Shown piece by piece: positions 8,513 through 15,681 of a stretch of DNA of 16,911 nt. How positions within the stretch are numbered: the first letter of the stretch is position 1; the number at the start of each line of letters is the position of its first letter. The DNA lies in IMG/VR virus record IMGVR_UViG_2872164251_000008, one strand, 5' to 3'. The notes under the pieces were generated by a model. The model had not been told where the DNA came from, did no database searches, and saw only the letters and a program-made list of their open reading frames with translations. The position numbers were made by a program, and so were the translations under genes. The DNA is from a virus (taxonomy: Duplodnaviria; Heunggongvirae; Uroviricota; Caudoviricetes).

Positions 8513-9670
8513 TTAATCGTCGTCTTCCGGCAGTTCCAGAATCTTGATCGCGTTCGAATCCACCACGCCACCGCCTAAATATTTTTGCGTGAAAATTTTG
8601 ATGAATCCTGGTTCTGTCAGGTTGTCCGGTCTGGTGCGAACACCTGTTTCGTGATCAACAATGTAGTAACCGCGTTTGAAGTCACCCAGGGCAATAACGT
8701 TATCAGGCATAAACTCCAGATATTCGACCGGAAGGCCCAGCAACGTATCAGGATCACCCGCCTGTAAACGGTCGCGCCAGATATAATCACCGTTCGCGTT
8801 CTTCACCTTCTGAAGTTTTGCCGCCGTCGTGGAGTTAACCACCCAGACCGCGTTTTTGCGGTATTTTTTACGTAATGCAAATTTCAGGTCGATCAGCGGG
8901 TCCGCAGATGTCCACGCCAGAGATTCGGAAGGTTTAATTACCTGCAACGTACCAAAATCACGCTCTTTGTCGTTCTTCTCTGCACGGGGTACGGATAAAA
9001 AACCTTTTGCTTTTTTGTCACCGTCGCCCACAACCAGATCGCTTTCTTCGGTTTCCGTGAAGGTGTCGCCAATCTCACCCGTCAGCCATGAAAGGATGTC
9101 CACATCGGAAAAATCCACGATTTCCTGTGTGGTGCGCGGGTACGCATAGACCGGATACAGCTTAATGCTCACCTCGTTAATCTGCGGGGTGCTGGTCTGT
9201 TCGCGTGCCTTACCCTCTTCACCGTGGTTAACGGTCGCACCGCCAGCGGAAACAAGCTGCTTAAACTCGTTGCTGCTGATTTTCTTCACGGTACAGATGC
9301 GGCGCATAGTGGATTCATCCGCCAGCATTCGCATGATTTCGGTGTTCAGTTCAGGGATAACGGTATAACCACCATCAGCGGGAACGCCTGTACTTAATGC
9401 GCGGGTTTCACCGGTCAGAATGTAGTTGCGTAGTTCTGCGGGGTCAGTGGTCTGGCTGCTTTTACCTGGCTTGCTGCGCTCTTCGTCTGCAATGGCTTCA
9501 AGGCGGGAAATGTCTTTATCGAGGGATTCAGCTTTAGCGCGTAATTCGTCAAATTTTGCGCCCTCAGCATCGTTAAGACTGCGGTTTTCTTTTTCAGCGT
9601 TCTCCAGCATGTCGCGCATCTGATTTTTAATGGCGGTTTTCTGCTGGCGTAATTCGATTATTCTCTGCAT
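8513..9670 (-). CDS. major capsid protein, HK97 fold, with N-terminal coiled-coil (delta/scaffold-like) region
   Basis: ORF track 8513..9670 (385 aa). Charged coiled-coil N-terminus followed by a capsid-like body. AGGA Shine-Dalgarno 7 nt upstream of ATG. Confidence 0.9.
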   Translation of the reverse strand: MQRIIELRQQKTAIKNQMRDMLENAEKENRSLNDAEGAKFDELRAKAESLDKDISRLEAIADEERSKPGKSSQTTDPAELRNYILTGETRALSTGVPADGGYTVIPELNTEIMRMLADESTMRRICTVKKISSNEFKQLVSAGGATVNHGEEGKAREQTSTPQINEVSIKLYPVYAYPRTTQEIVDFSDVDILSWLTGEIGDTFTETEESDLVVGDGDKKAKGFLSVPRAEKNDKERDFGTLQVIKPSESLAWTSADPLIDLKFALRKKYRKNAVWVVNSTTAAKLQKVKNANGDYIWRDRLQAGDPDTLLGLPVEYLEFMPDNVIALGDFKRGYYIVDHETGVRTRPDNLTEPGFIKIFTQKYLGGGVVDSNAIKILELPEDDD

Positions 9671-9825
9671 AAAAAAGTCCTGGGGTTAAGTAAGGAACTC
9701 CAGGACGCGGCAAACACTCAACCGTTTTTCATAAGGAAATCAGTAATCGCACCGATCGTTTTCCCGCCTGGTAATGAATATTGGCGAGCACATTAACAGG
9801 CGGGAAAGTGGCCCCAGCGTCCTGG
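9671..9825 (-). promoter_or_regulatory. capsid operon 5' leader with terminator/antiterminator-like alternative pairing and a 17-bp-arm inverted repeat
   Basis: On the mRNA, GCGUCCUGG (9708-9700) can pair either with an upstream CCAGGACGC (9825-9817, 9 bp) or with the downstream CCAGGAC (9683-9677, 7 bp). The downstream arm contains the capsid Shine-Dalgarno and is followed by U6 directly before the AUG. A separate inverted repeat TTTCCCGCCTGGTAATG / CATTAACAGGCGGGAAA spans 9760-9807. Confidence 0.4.
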
Positions 9826-9861
9826 CACCACGGGCGAGAATAATCATGATTCAGTTCGGGT

Positions 9862-9930
9862 AAAATATGCCGATCCGCTCAGTGAACAACGTGGAACAAC
9901 CACGAACAAATAATTTACAAAAAATAACAA
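9862..9930 (-). promoter_or_regulatory. candidate capsid-operon promoter (-35 TTGTTC, 16-bp spacer, -10 TATTTT on minus strand) overlapping five phased TTGTTC-type repeats (9884, 9894, 9904, plus degenerate 9915, 9925)
   Basis: Direct reading. The promoter hexamers are weak matches and are not verified. Confidence 0.35.
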
Positions 9931-9950
9931 AAAGCCGGATTGCTCCGGCT
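9920..9950 (-). terminator. rho-independent terminator (AGCCGGA-GCAA-UCCGGCU then UUUUUGUUAUUUUUU)
   Basis: Perfect 7-bp GC-rich stem, 4-nt loop, U-rich tail on the minus strand. Confidence 0.65.
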
Positions 9951-9969
9951 GTATGTGCTGTATGGGTGC

Positions 9970-10194
9970 TCAGTCTCTGATCCCTTTCAGAAATTCTATC
10001 AATGCATCTGTCTGTTCAGGATTTACTGCCAGCATTTCACCGGATAGCGCGCAACGAACAAAACCATGATGATCCTTTTCAATCAGCGCCCCCGTTTCCA
10101 GAAATGCGCGGTAATCAGTGATATTCATCGTCTCCATGTTGTCAGCATGGTATTTATCACGCTGTTTAAGTATCTCATCAAATTTCATCGGCAT
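9970..10194 (-). CDS. hypothetical protein (74 aa from MPMKFDEILK…), bracketed by two identical terminators
   Basis: ORF track 9970..10272. The internal ATG at 10194 has a GAGGA Shine-Dalgarno at 7 nt, whereas the first ATG abuts the terminator U-tract. Confidence 0.5.
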   Translation of the reverse strand: MPMKFDEILKQRDKYHADNMETMNITDYRAFLETGALIEKDHHGFVRCALSGEMLAVNPEQTDALIEFLKGIRD

Positions 10195-10285
10195 TGCGTT
10201 TTCCTCTGTTGTGTCTGTTTGTTTCAGATAGTAACTATGCCGGACCGTGACGAAAAGCCAGTAGTGCTCCATACCGTTTCAAATG

Positions 10286-10313
10286 ACGCAAAAAAAGCCG
10301 GATTGCTCCGGCT
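10286..10313 (-). terminator. rho-independent terminator, hairpin identical to the one at 9933-9950, followed by UUUUUUU
   Basis: Same 18-nt hairpin AGCCGGAGCAATCCGGCT followed by a T7 run on the minus strand. Confidence 0.65.
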
Positions 10314-10326
10314 TCGTGGTGTGGTT

Positions 10327-10497
10327 CTGATATTCCTACTCTGCTAATTTGCTCAGCCCCATGTCTGCGTAAGTGCGATTTACTGCATTTCTCAGGTCTG
10401 CGTAGTTCTCCGTTGGCGGCTCCGGTGTGCCCTTGCTGCTCTGTTTTACCAGCGGGTCGCCCACCAGCCGCCCGTAAGCTGCAATTTGTGCTGTCAT
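10327..10497 (-). CDS. hypothetical small protein (56 aa), not in the supplied ORF track
   Basis: Open frame found by hand: MTAQIAAYGRLVGDPLVKQSSKGTPEPPTENYADLRNAVNRTYADMGLSKLAE. ATG at 10495-10497 preceded by GAGGTGG. Fills the gap between the 101-aa ORF and the terminator. Confidence 0.35.
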
Positions 10498-10506
10498 ATT
10501 GCCACC

Positions 10507-10812
10507 TCAGTGAAGCGATCCGGCATTGTTCTTTTTCATCTCTTCCATCATTTTTTCAGTGAGCATTACGCACTGAAACCCCATGTTTTTGATGTCTACG
10601 GGTTTCATGCCTTTGTCAGTGGATATCACAGGCAGAATATCCTGATACACATCGCGGTCAGGGTAACTAAGCACACAAAGCGCCCATGATGCCACGGGTG
10701 AGGATCCTTCGTCTGTTTCAACCCACCAGCCTGGTGTAGCTGCGCTTATTTGCAGAATCGTGATCCGTCCGTTGTGCTTGTAAAATTTTTCACCAAATTT
10801 TGGTTCGCTCAT
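10507..10812 (-). CDS. hypothetical protein (101 aa)
   Basis: ORF track. ATGA start/stop overlap with the upstream ORF. GGAGAGG Shine-Dalgarno. Confidence 0.5.
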   Translation of the reverse strand: MSEPKFGEKFYKHNGRITILQISAATPGWWVETDEGSSPVASWALCVLSYPDRDVYQDILPVISTDKGMKPVDIKNMGFQCVMLTEKMMEEMKKNNAGSLH

Positions 10813-11087
10813 GATTCCACCTCTCCGGTTTTAACGTTGATTGTTGTTACCTGTTCCGCTTCGGCAATCTCCCGCTCTGTCAGCGTGGCAAAATTTGCCG
10901 CCGTCGTGGTCATGAATGCGCTTATCAGTTCGGGATGTGCTTTCGCGTATCCTTCCCCCGCGTGGCGGTCTATCGTTCTGATTGCCACCTTTAAAGCGTG
11001 CTCTGTCATGTCTAACGCGCGATATTTCGGTTCTGTTCTGTCTCTGCGTTTTTTGAGTGATTTATTAAATTTCCCTGAAGTGTGCAT
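10809..11087 (-). CDS. hypothetical protein (92 aa)
   Basis: ORF track. GAGGGGG Shine-Dalgarno upstream of ATG at 11087. Confidence 0.5.
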   Translation of the reverse strand: MHTSGKFNKSLKKRRDRTEPKYRALDMTEHALKVAIRTIDRHAGEGYAKAHPELISAFMTTTAANFATLTEREIAEAEQVTTINVKTGEVES

Positions 11088-11129
11088 ATTTATTTTTACC
11101 CCCTCGTTTAAAAAGTTTTGAGTTGTGCC

Positions 11130-11360
11130 TCCCCTTGTCTACCTTAGTGGCCCTCATGCCAGTAATGGCGCTGCTTTCAGCGGGGTAGAGTGCTTTTATC
11201 CACTATCTACCCCGTGTCTACCTCCCTGTCTGATTCAGGTAAAATCAGGTAGAGAGGGTAGATAGTGGGTAGACAGTAAAAAAAGGCTACCTACCTAACT
11301 TAATGCACTGAATTAAATGTATTTTTCTTTACTCAGGTAGATAGGGTAGACAGCAATTAC
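11130..11360. repeat. candidate replication origin: cluster of GGTAGA iterons in both orientations with interspersed AT-rich stretches, immediately 3' of the primase-helicase gene
   Basis: GGTAGA at about 11184, 11248, 11257, 11268, 11336, 11345. Inverted TCTACC at about 11138, 11206, 11217, 11287-11296. AT-rich runs at 11274-11285 and 11300-11330. Confidence 0.55.
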
Positions 11361-11366
11361 AAAAAA

Positions 11367-13115
11367 TTATAAAAACGCGTCGCACTCGTCTGTTGTTATT
11401 GCGTTAGTCTGCGTTACTCCCTTAACTTTCCGCGTAATATATTCATGTCCGTAAACTTTCGCGGCTGGCTTCATAGCCTTGCCAAAGTCATTTACGTTTA
11501 GCGGTTTGCTCCTGCCTGCGTACGCCATAAACGCCAGATAGACGCGGTAAAGGCTGTTTCTGGTCGTGTACTTCACTGAATCGCCACCGCCGCCCATCAT
11601 CAGGCCGCGTGCTTCCTCCAGAAAATTCAGGAACTGGCAAAACTCAATAACCGGATCCGTCTGTTGCTTTATTGCCAGAGCTTCATCACCGTCACGCTGT
11701 TCCAGTAGTAAAGCCCGTGCTTTCTCAGAGTCGGTAAAGTTCGCCAGCAATCGGCGGATAATGACAGGGATTTCAGCCGCAATCTTTTCCGGTAGCTCCC
11801 TGTCTTTTTCGGCCTCACTAACGATATTGTCGAAACGGAAAATCACGCGACGACGTGCCACACCTCCGGCCCGTTCGGTGAATATCATCGGGTTATTGTT
11901 GGTCGCCAGCACCACCGCCCTGATTACAGCCGTGAAACGCTTTTCGTATTTCGGGTTAATTTCCACGGGGTCACCGCCCGTGATTTTCTTGATGCCCGTT
12001 CCTTCGCCTGTATATTTCGGCTGGTCAGCCAGGACGATAAGACGACTCCCGACAACCTGCGGACGTCCACCAGCATCATCAAGCGATGTCATTTCAGCGC
12101 TTACCGTGTTCTGTTTCCCTGCCAGAAGGCTGGCTATGTGTGTGAATGTACTTTTACCGCTCCCGCCGTCTCCGGTGGCCTCAATAAACATCTGCCAGTC
12201 GTACCGGTTCGCCATAATCATGTACAGCGCGGCACATATACGCATCATCTTGCGCTGGTCTTTTCCGGCTGCGTGCTCAAGCCATTTATGAAAGTTTAGC
12301 GCGTTATCGCGGATGTTCTCCCCTGGTGCTGGTGGCGTGTACTCAATGCCGTTGTGCGTGGTGATCCAGTTCTCCGGCGTGTGCGGGGAAAATTCCCCCG
12401 TTTTCAGGTCAAGCGCACCATTGGCGAACGGCAGCAAATCGCCGGACGGCTCGCCCATTGGTTCGGCAATAACTTTTAACGCTTCCACGGCGTTATTGAT
12501 TACGCGCTTGCTGAAAGTGGCCCTGTGCTCTGAATAGATCGCCACCATTTCGCGGCTAAGTTCCATTGTGCTGACCGGACACCATACCCCGCCGCGCCAT
12601 ACGTGAACGATTTCACTTTCCTGATGCACACAAACGCCATCAAAGCGCTCGGCAAGCAGCTGCGCGCGCTCACTGTCTGCCATTTGTGCCAGTTGCGTAT
12701 TTTTCTGCTCCGGCATGGTAAGCCCTGCGGCAATATTTTCACGCTCAGCATTCAGATAGCGCCGCCAGTTTTCACACTTCTGGACGTGCATTCCTTCGGG
12801 GTAAAAATTTGCGTCCTGAATATCTGCCGCCGCCAGCTTCTGACCAATCTTTTTGGTCTCCACCAAATCCAGTTCTCCGGCCTGGTACAGCCTTACGCGT
12901 TTTTTTCCATCCGGAACAATTTTCAGTGCATCAAGTTCGGCAAGCTGATTTGGCCCAAGCCACACAGGCGGCACATTATCGCCGGATGCGGGGCCATCCT
13001 GCTCCTGCCATTGTTTCGCGTGCGACCAGGCATCACTACCCGCAAAGATAATTACCTCTGTGTCTTTGTGTTTTATTCCGCGTGGCTGTTTTTTTACGTT
13101 CGGTGCCAGTTTCAT
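11367..13115 (-). CDS. replication protein: primase/helicase-type P-loop NTPase (P4 alpha / D5-like C-terminal region)
   Basis: ORF track 11367..13115 (582 aa). Walker A motif GDGGSGKST. Overall layout typical of satellite/plasmid primase-helicase proteins. ATGA overlap with upstream ORF. Confidence 0.8.
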   Translation of the reverse strand: MKLAPNVKKQPRGIKHKDTEVIIFAGSDAWSHAKQWQEQDGPASGDNVPPVWLGPNQLAELDALKIVPDGKKRVRLYQAGELDLVETKKIGQKLAAADIQDANFYPEGMHVQKCENWRRYLNAERENIAAGLTMPEQKNTQLAQMADSERAQLLAERFDGVCVHQESEIVHVWRGGVWCPVSTMELSREMVAIYSEHRATFSKRVINNAVEALKVIAEPMGEPSGDLLPFANGALDLKTGEFSPHTPENWITTHNGIEYTPPAPGENIRDNALNFHKWLEHAAGKDQRKMMRICAALYMIMANRYDWQMFIEATGDGGSGKSTFTHIASLLAGKQNTVSAEMTSLDDAGGRPQVVGSRLIVLADQPKYTGEGTGIKKITGGDPVEINPKYEKRFTAVIRAVVLATNNNPMIFTERAGGVARRRVIFRFDNIVSEAEKDRELPEKIAAEIPVIIRRLLANFTDSEKARALLLEQRDGDEALAIKQQTDPVIEFCQFLNFLEEARGLMMGGGGDSVKYTTRNSLYRVYLAFMAYAGRSKPLNVNDFGKAMKPAAKVYGHEYITRKVKGVTQTNAITTDECDAFL

Positions 13116-13411
13116 TTTTTACCCCTGAATACGTTAAGCATCTTTTTTATTTCCTGAATATTGGCGCGTGCTTTCTCCCTGCTGGTTGGTTTACTGCGGG
13201 GCGCTGCCTGTACCAGCGTGAAATCACGCCGGAATTGATAAACAGGCATCACGCAATCATATTCGTAACCTTCACGGCGGTAGGTGATGCGCCGTTCTGC
13301 CACGCCTTTAATCGTTACCATGCCGCCGTACTGGTCGCGGTAAATATCACCGCGCGTAAATTTAGGGTGAGTGTTGCCACTGGCAGTTAAGCCAGAATAT
13401 TTAAGTTTCAT
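13112..13411 (-). CDS. hypothetical protein (99 aa), translationally coupled to the replication gene
   Basis: ORF track. GGAGA Shine-Dalgarno. Stop overlaps the replication gene start. Confidence 0.55.
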   Translation of the reverse strand: MKLKYSGLTASGNTHPKFTRGDIYRDQYGGMVTIKGVAERRITYRREGYEYDCVMPVYQFRRDFTLVQAAPRSKPTSREKARANIQEIKKMLNVFRGKK

Positions 13412-13416
13412 TATTT

Positions 13417-13650
13417 TTATTCTCCGGTGTGCTGTTCTTTATATCTGTCGTGCAATAGATCTATTTCTTGCAGTTCCATTATTACAGGCTCAAGAAGCGT
13501 TATTAATGCCGTGGCAATTCTTGATTTTTGTTTGTCGCGTTCATTGTCGCCAAGTGTTTCAAGCCATATGCGCAATATTTCCAGCATGTTTTCACTGTGA
13601 GAAAGTGCAAGAAATGCGCGGTCTATTGTTTCGTGGTAAATATCACGCAT
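13417..13650 (-). CDS. hypothetical protein (77 aa)
   Basis: ORF track. GGGGA Shine-Dalgarno at 6 nt. Confidence 0.5.
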   Translation of the reverse strand: MRDIYHETIDRAFLALSHSENMLEILRIWLETLGDNERDKQKSRIATALITLLEPVIMELQEIDLLHDRYKEQHTGE

Positions 13651-13719
13651 ATTAATCCCCGTCCGTCGTTTTTCTTAAAATAACCTCTGTCACGAAATCA
13701 GCATAATCGGCGGCGATAT

Positions 13720-13872
13720 TCAGTACATCAAGCCCGTTGATTTATATTCTCTCGTGGAAAGTAAGAAAAAAGCCGCTCTAATAAGTTCTGGCATTGACGA
13801 AAGCGCATCAGCCGCATCATCAGGAACGCCGGAAAATTCCTGTTTCAGGGAATTAAAACGATCATCACGCAT
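13720..13872 (-). CDS. hypothetical protein (about 50 aa from MRDDRFNSLK…)
   Basis: ORF track 13720..13920. The ATG at 13870-13872 overlaps the upstream stop (ATGCGTGA), suggesting that start. Confidence 0.4.
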   Translation of the reverse strand: MRDDRFNSLKQEFSGVPDDAADALSSMPELIRAAFFLLSTREYKSTGLMY

Positions 13873-14086
13873 AACCCCCCCCATTTTCACAATCGGCAAC
13901 AAGAATATTTTTAGCGTCATTCAGTGACCGCGTTGCGATGTATCGGATACATTCCAGGGCGAACTGTGTCCGGTCTTTCTGTTCTTCTCCCTGCGCAAGC
14001 TCTGCCGTGCATTCAATATCAATAAGCGCGTGCATCAGCGTAGTGAGTGCGGCGGCTGCTGCGTTCGGTGTGGTTTTATTGTGCAT
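13865..14086 (-). CDS. hypothetical protein (73 aa from MHNKTTPNAAAA…), first gene of the replication-side operon
   Basis: ORF track 13865..14128. Internal ATG at 14084-14086 has an AGGGGGAAA Shine-Dalgarno. Confidence 0.45.
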   Translation of the reverse strand: MHNKTTPNAAAAALTTLMHALIDIECTAELAQGEEQKDRTQFALECIRYIATRSLNDAKNILVADCENGGGYA

Positions 14087-14357
14087 AGGTTTCCCCCTGA
14101 CGAATACGGGCGGCGAATACAGCAACACAACCGGACGGGCAACGGCTACGCGCTTCGCGTTCCGTCCAAGCGGTTACGTGGATGATTTGGGATTCTCCGG
14201 TACTCAGTGCCAGAAAACGCCACACAAAGGCCGTTTGTGTGTGTACAAGGTGTGGTATATGATTTACGGCAACCATAACGGCTCCTAGTTTACGTTGTTG
14301 GTTAGAAGCCCCGTTACTGCTCCTACAGTGCGGGGCTTTGCTTTTTGTGTTGATTGT

Positions 14358-14403
14358 GTGTAATGTGTCATTACACATAAATACATTACATGAGGTGTAA
14401 TTA
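14358..14403. promoter_or_regulatory. operator-like array of TGTAAT/ATTACA half-sites (GTGTAATG-TGT-CATTACAC, then CATTACA…TGTAATT) overlapping the RHH gene promoter/RBS region
   Basis: Direct reading. Perfect 8-bp inverted repeat at 14358-14376 plus two further half-sites to 14403. Confidence 0.4.
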
Positions 14404-14405
14404 AC

Positions 14406-14585
14406 GTGTCAACACACAAAAACGAAAGGCGTGGTAATCCTCCGTTCCAGTTCCGTTTAGATCCTGACTTACGGGAAAAGATGGAAAAGGCACAACAACA
14501 GGACGGCGATGATTCTCTTGCTGCCTGGATAAAGCGAATAATCCGCAAAGAATTACAGCAACGCGGCATAGAACCCAAAGGATAA
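14406..14585 (+). CDS. Arc/MetJ-type ribbon-helix-helix DNA-binding protein (59 aa, GTG start), candidate island repressor
   Basis: Found by hand, not in the ORF track. GAGGTG Shine-Dalgarno at 14391-14396. Translation …PPFQFRLDPDLREKMEKAQQQDGDDSLAAWIKRIIRKELQQRG has the Arc-like beta-strand/helix/helix layout. Followed by a + strand terminator. Confidence 0.6.
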   Translation: MSTHKNERRGNPPFQFRLDPDLREKMEKAQQQDGDDSLAAWIKRIIRKELQQRGIEPKG

Positions 14586-14642
14586 AAACTATCAGCGCCG
14601 TGGTGTGAGGTACTACGGCGCATTGCTTTACAGGCGCACACA

Positions 14643-14819
14643 ATGACCAACGAAGAATCAACCGAAAAAACATCACCTGCACGAAAAAGACGACGCAGAA
14701 AGAAAGAGCATGAATCAGAACGATTCGCGCCGTGTTCTTTTGCCCTTGAGAAGTACCTTAAAGAATACTCATCAAAGGAGAGAACTTCGCAGTTATGGCA
14801 ACGCACTGAACCAGACTGA
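14643..14819 (+). CDS. possible small basic protein (58 aa) downstream of the RHH gene
   Basis: Open frame MTNEESTEKTSPARKRRRRKKEH… in the same transcription unit. No clear Shine-Dalgarno. Coding status uncertain. Confidence 0.2.
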   Translation: MTNEESTEKTSPARKRRRRKKEHESERFAPCSFALEKYLKEYSSKERTSQLWQRTEPD

Positions 14820-14914
14820 TTGCATTGCCCACCAGCCTGATAGCGGCTATCATCCCCGTGCTTATGTTTGGGATCACACACACAAACGGCGCAGCGGGTT
14901 ATCTGTTCAGAAAG

Positions 14915-14942
14915 GCGGCTCCATTTCGGGGCCGCTTTTTTT
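14915..14942 (+). terminator. rho-independent terminator for the + strand RHH unit (8-bp stem GCGGCUCC/GGGGCCGC with one G-U pair, 5-nt loop, T7 tail)
   Basis: Direct reading. Confidence 0.6.
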
Positions 14943-15088
14943 ATGCCTGAAAAACCCCAATTTTGTGGTTTTCCAGTTTCACCAGGGCGAACGAATCCCC
15001 GCCCACGTTCTGGCGTATATTCAATCTTCATGGTTATAGCTCTGTGTTCAGATGATTGATGTGTGGCGGCTGCGTGCCGCCAGCGTGA

Positions 15089-15277
15089 TTAATGAACTGC
15101 CTTGCAGCTATCCTTCCAGGCCAGAACCTCGGATAAAGACCAGCCAACGGAACGACCGCCAAGTTTACGACGTGATGGGAATTGTCCGGCCTTTTCCAGG
15201 CGGTAGCGGCATGAGCGGCTAAGGCCTGTTAGCTTTTCGCATTCTTTTTCACGTATAAACCGATCAGTGCTTAACAC
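15089..15277 (-). CDS. alpA: AlpA/Vis-family phage transcriptional regulator (excisionase-like HTH), GTG start
   Basis: ORF track 15089..15277. Pattern …IREKECEKLTGLSRSCRYRLEKAGQFPSRRKLGGRSVGWSLSEVLAW… is characteristic of AlpA/Vis proteins. AGGGGG Shine-Dalgarno. Confidence 0.85.
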   Translation of the reverse strand: MLSTDRFIREKECEKLTGLSRSCRYRLEKAGQFPSRRKLGGRSVGWSLSEVLAWKDSCKAVH

Positions 15278-15328
15278 TATTGCCCCCTTTCGTTTCTTAA
15301 AGAGTTATTTCGTGTTCTATTGCGTTGG

Positions 15329-15357
15329 GATGTGTCTGATTGTGTCAGGATGATTCA
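15329..15357 (-). promoter_or_regulatory. candidate alpA promoter (-35 TTGCCA, 17-bp spacer, -10 CACAAT) with two GACACA direct repeats phased 10 bp apart over the -10 and start region
   Basis: Direct reading of the minus strand. Not verified. Confidence 0.35.
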
Positions 15358-15437
15358 GAGTTGGCAAATGTTGAGGCCGTATGGTTTACAGAAAGAGGAA
15401 TAATCAGGATAAAATCATTTAAATTCATGTTAATACA

Positions 15438-15468
15438 AAGGCATAAAATATTGTTTCATGCCTTTTTT
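15438..15468. terminator. terminator-like hairpin (AAGGCAT / ATGCCTT stem, 13-nt loop) with a T-run on the + strand; possible int terminator or end of an unannotated small transcript
   Basis: Direct reading. No ORF upstream on the + strand. Confidence 0.3.
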
Positions 15469-15560
15469 CTCGCTATTTAAAGAGTGATTCGCTAGTGTAT
15501 AAAAAACCAGTAAGACGTTAAAAATCAGCTACTTATAAATCTGTACACTTTTTCACCTCT

Positions 15561-15640
15561 TGTTCGTAGTTGTTCCGCATTGTTGCTCATTGTTGCTCAT
15601 TGTTGCTCATTGTTGCTCATTGTTGCACGTTGTATCTGTT
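15561..15640. repeat. eight tandem 10-bp units starting TGTT(C/G), including four perfect TGTTGCTCAT copies (15581-15620), between the int stop and alpA
   Basis: Direct reading. Exact 10-bp phasing. Confidence 0.85.
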
Positions 15641-15681
15641 CGCATATCCAGTATGCGCATACTGAAAAAACACGAAAAAAA

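Noticed and set aside
11566-12291. 241-aa + strand ORF
   Set aside because: Lies entirely antisense inside the primase-helicase gene. Ser/Arg/Pro-rich composition typical of an antisense frame.
12603-13157. 184-aa + strand ORF
   Set aside because: Antisense to the replication gene. No start context. Hydrophobic, low-complexity translation.
14285-15031. 248-aa minus-strand ORF from the track
   Set aside because: Low-complexity Cys/Ser/Arg-rich translation. It is antisense to the well-formed RHH gene with its Shine-Dalgarno and terminator, and spans a promoter/terminator region.
14710-15039. 109-aa + strand ORF
   Set aside because: Non-protein-like composition. Runs through the intrinsic terminator at 14915-14942.
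15561-15640. Possible CRISPR array
   Set aside because: Units are 10 bp, tandem, with no spacers. This is a simple phased direct-repeat array, not repeat-spacer architecture.
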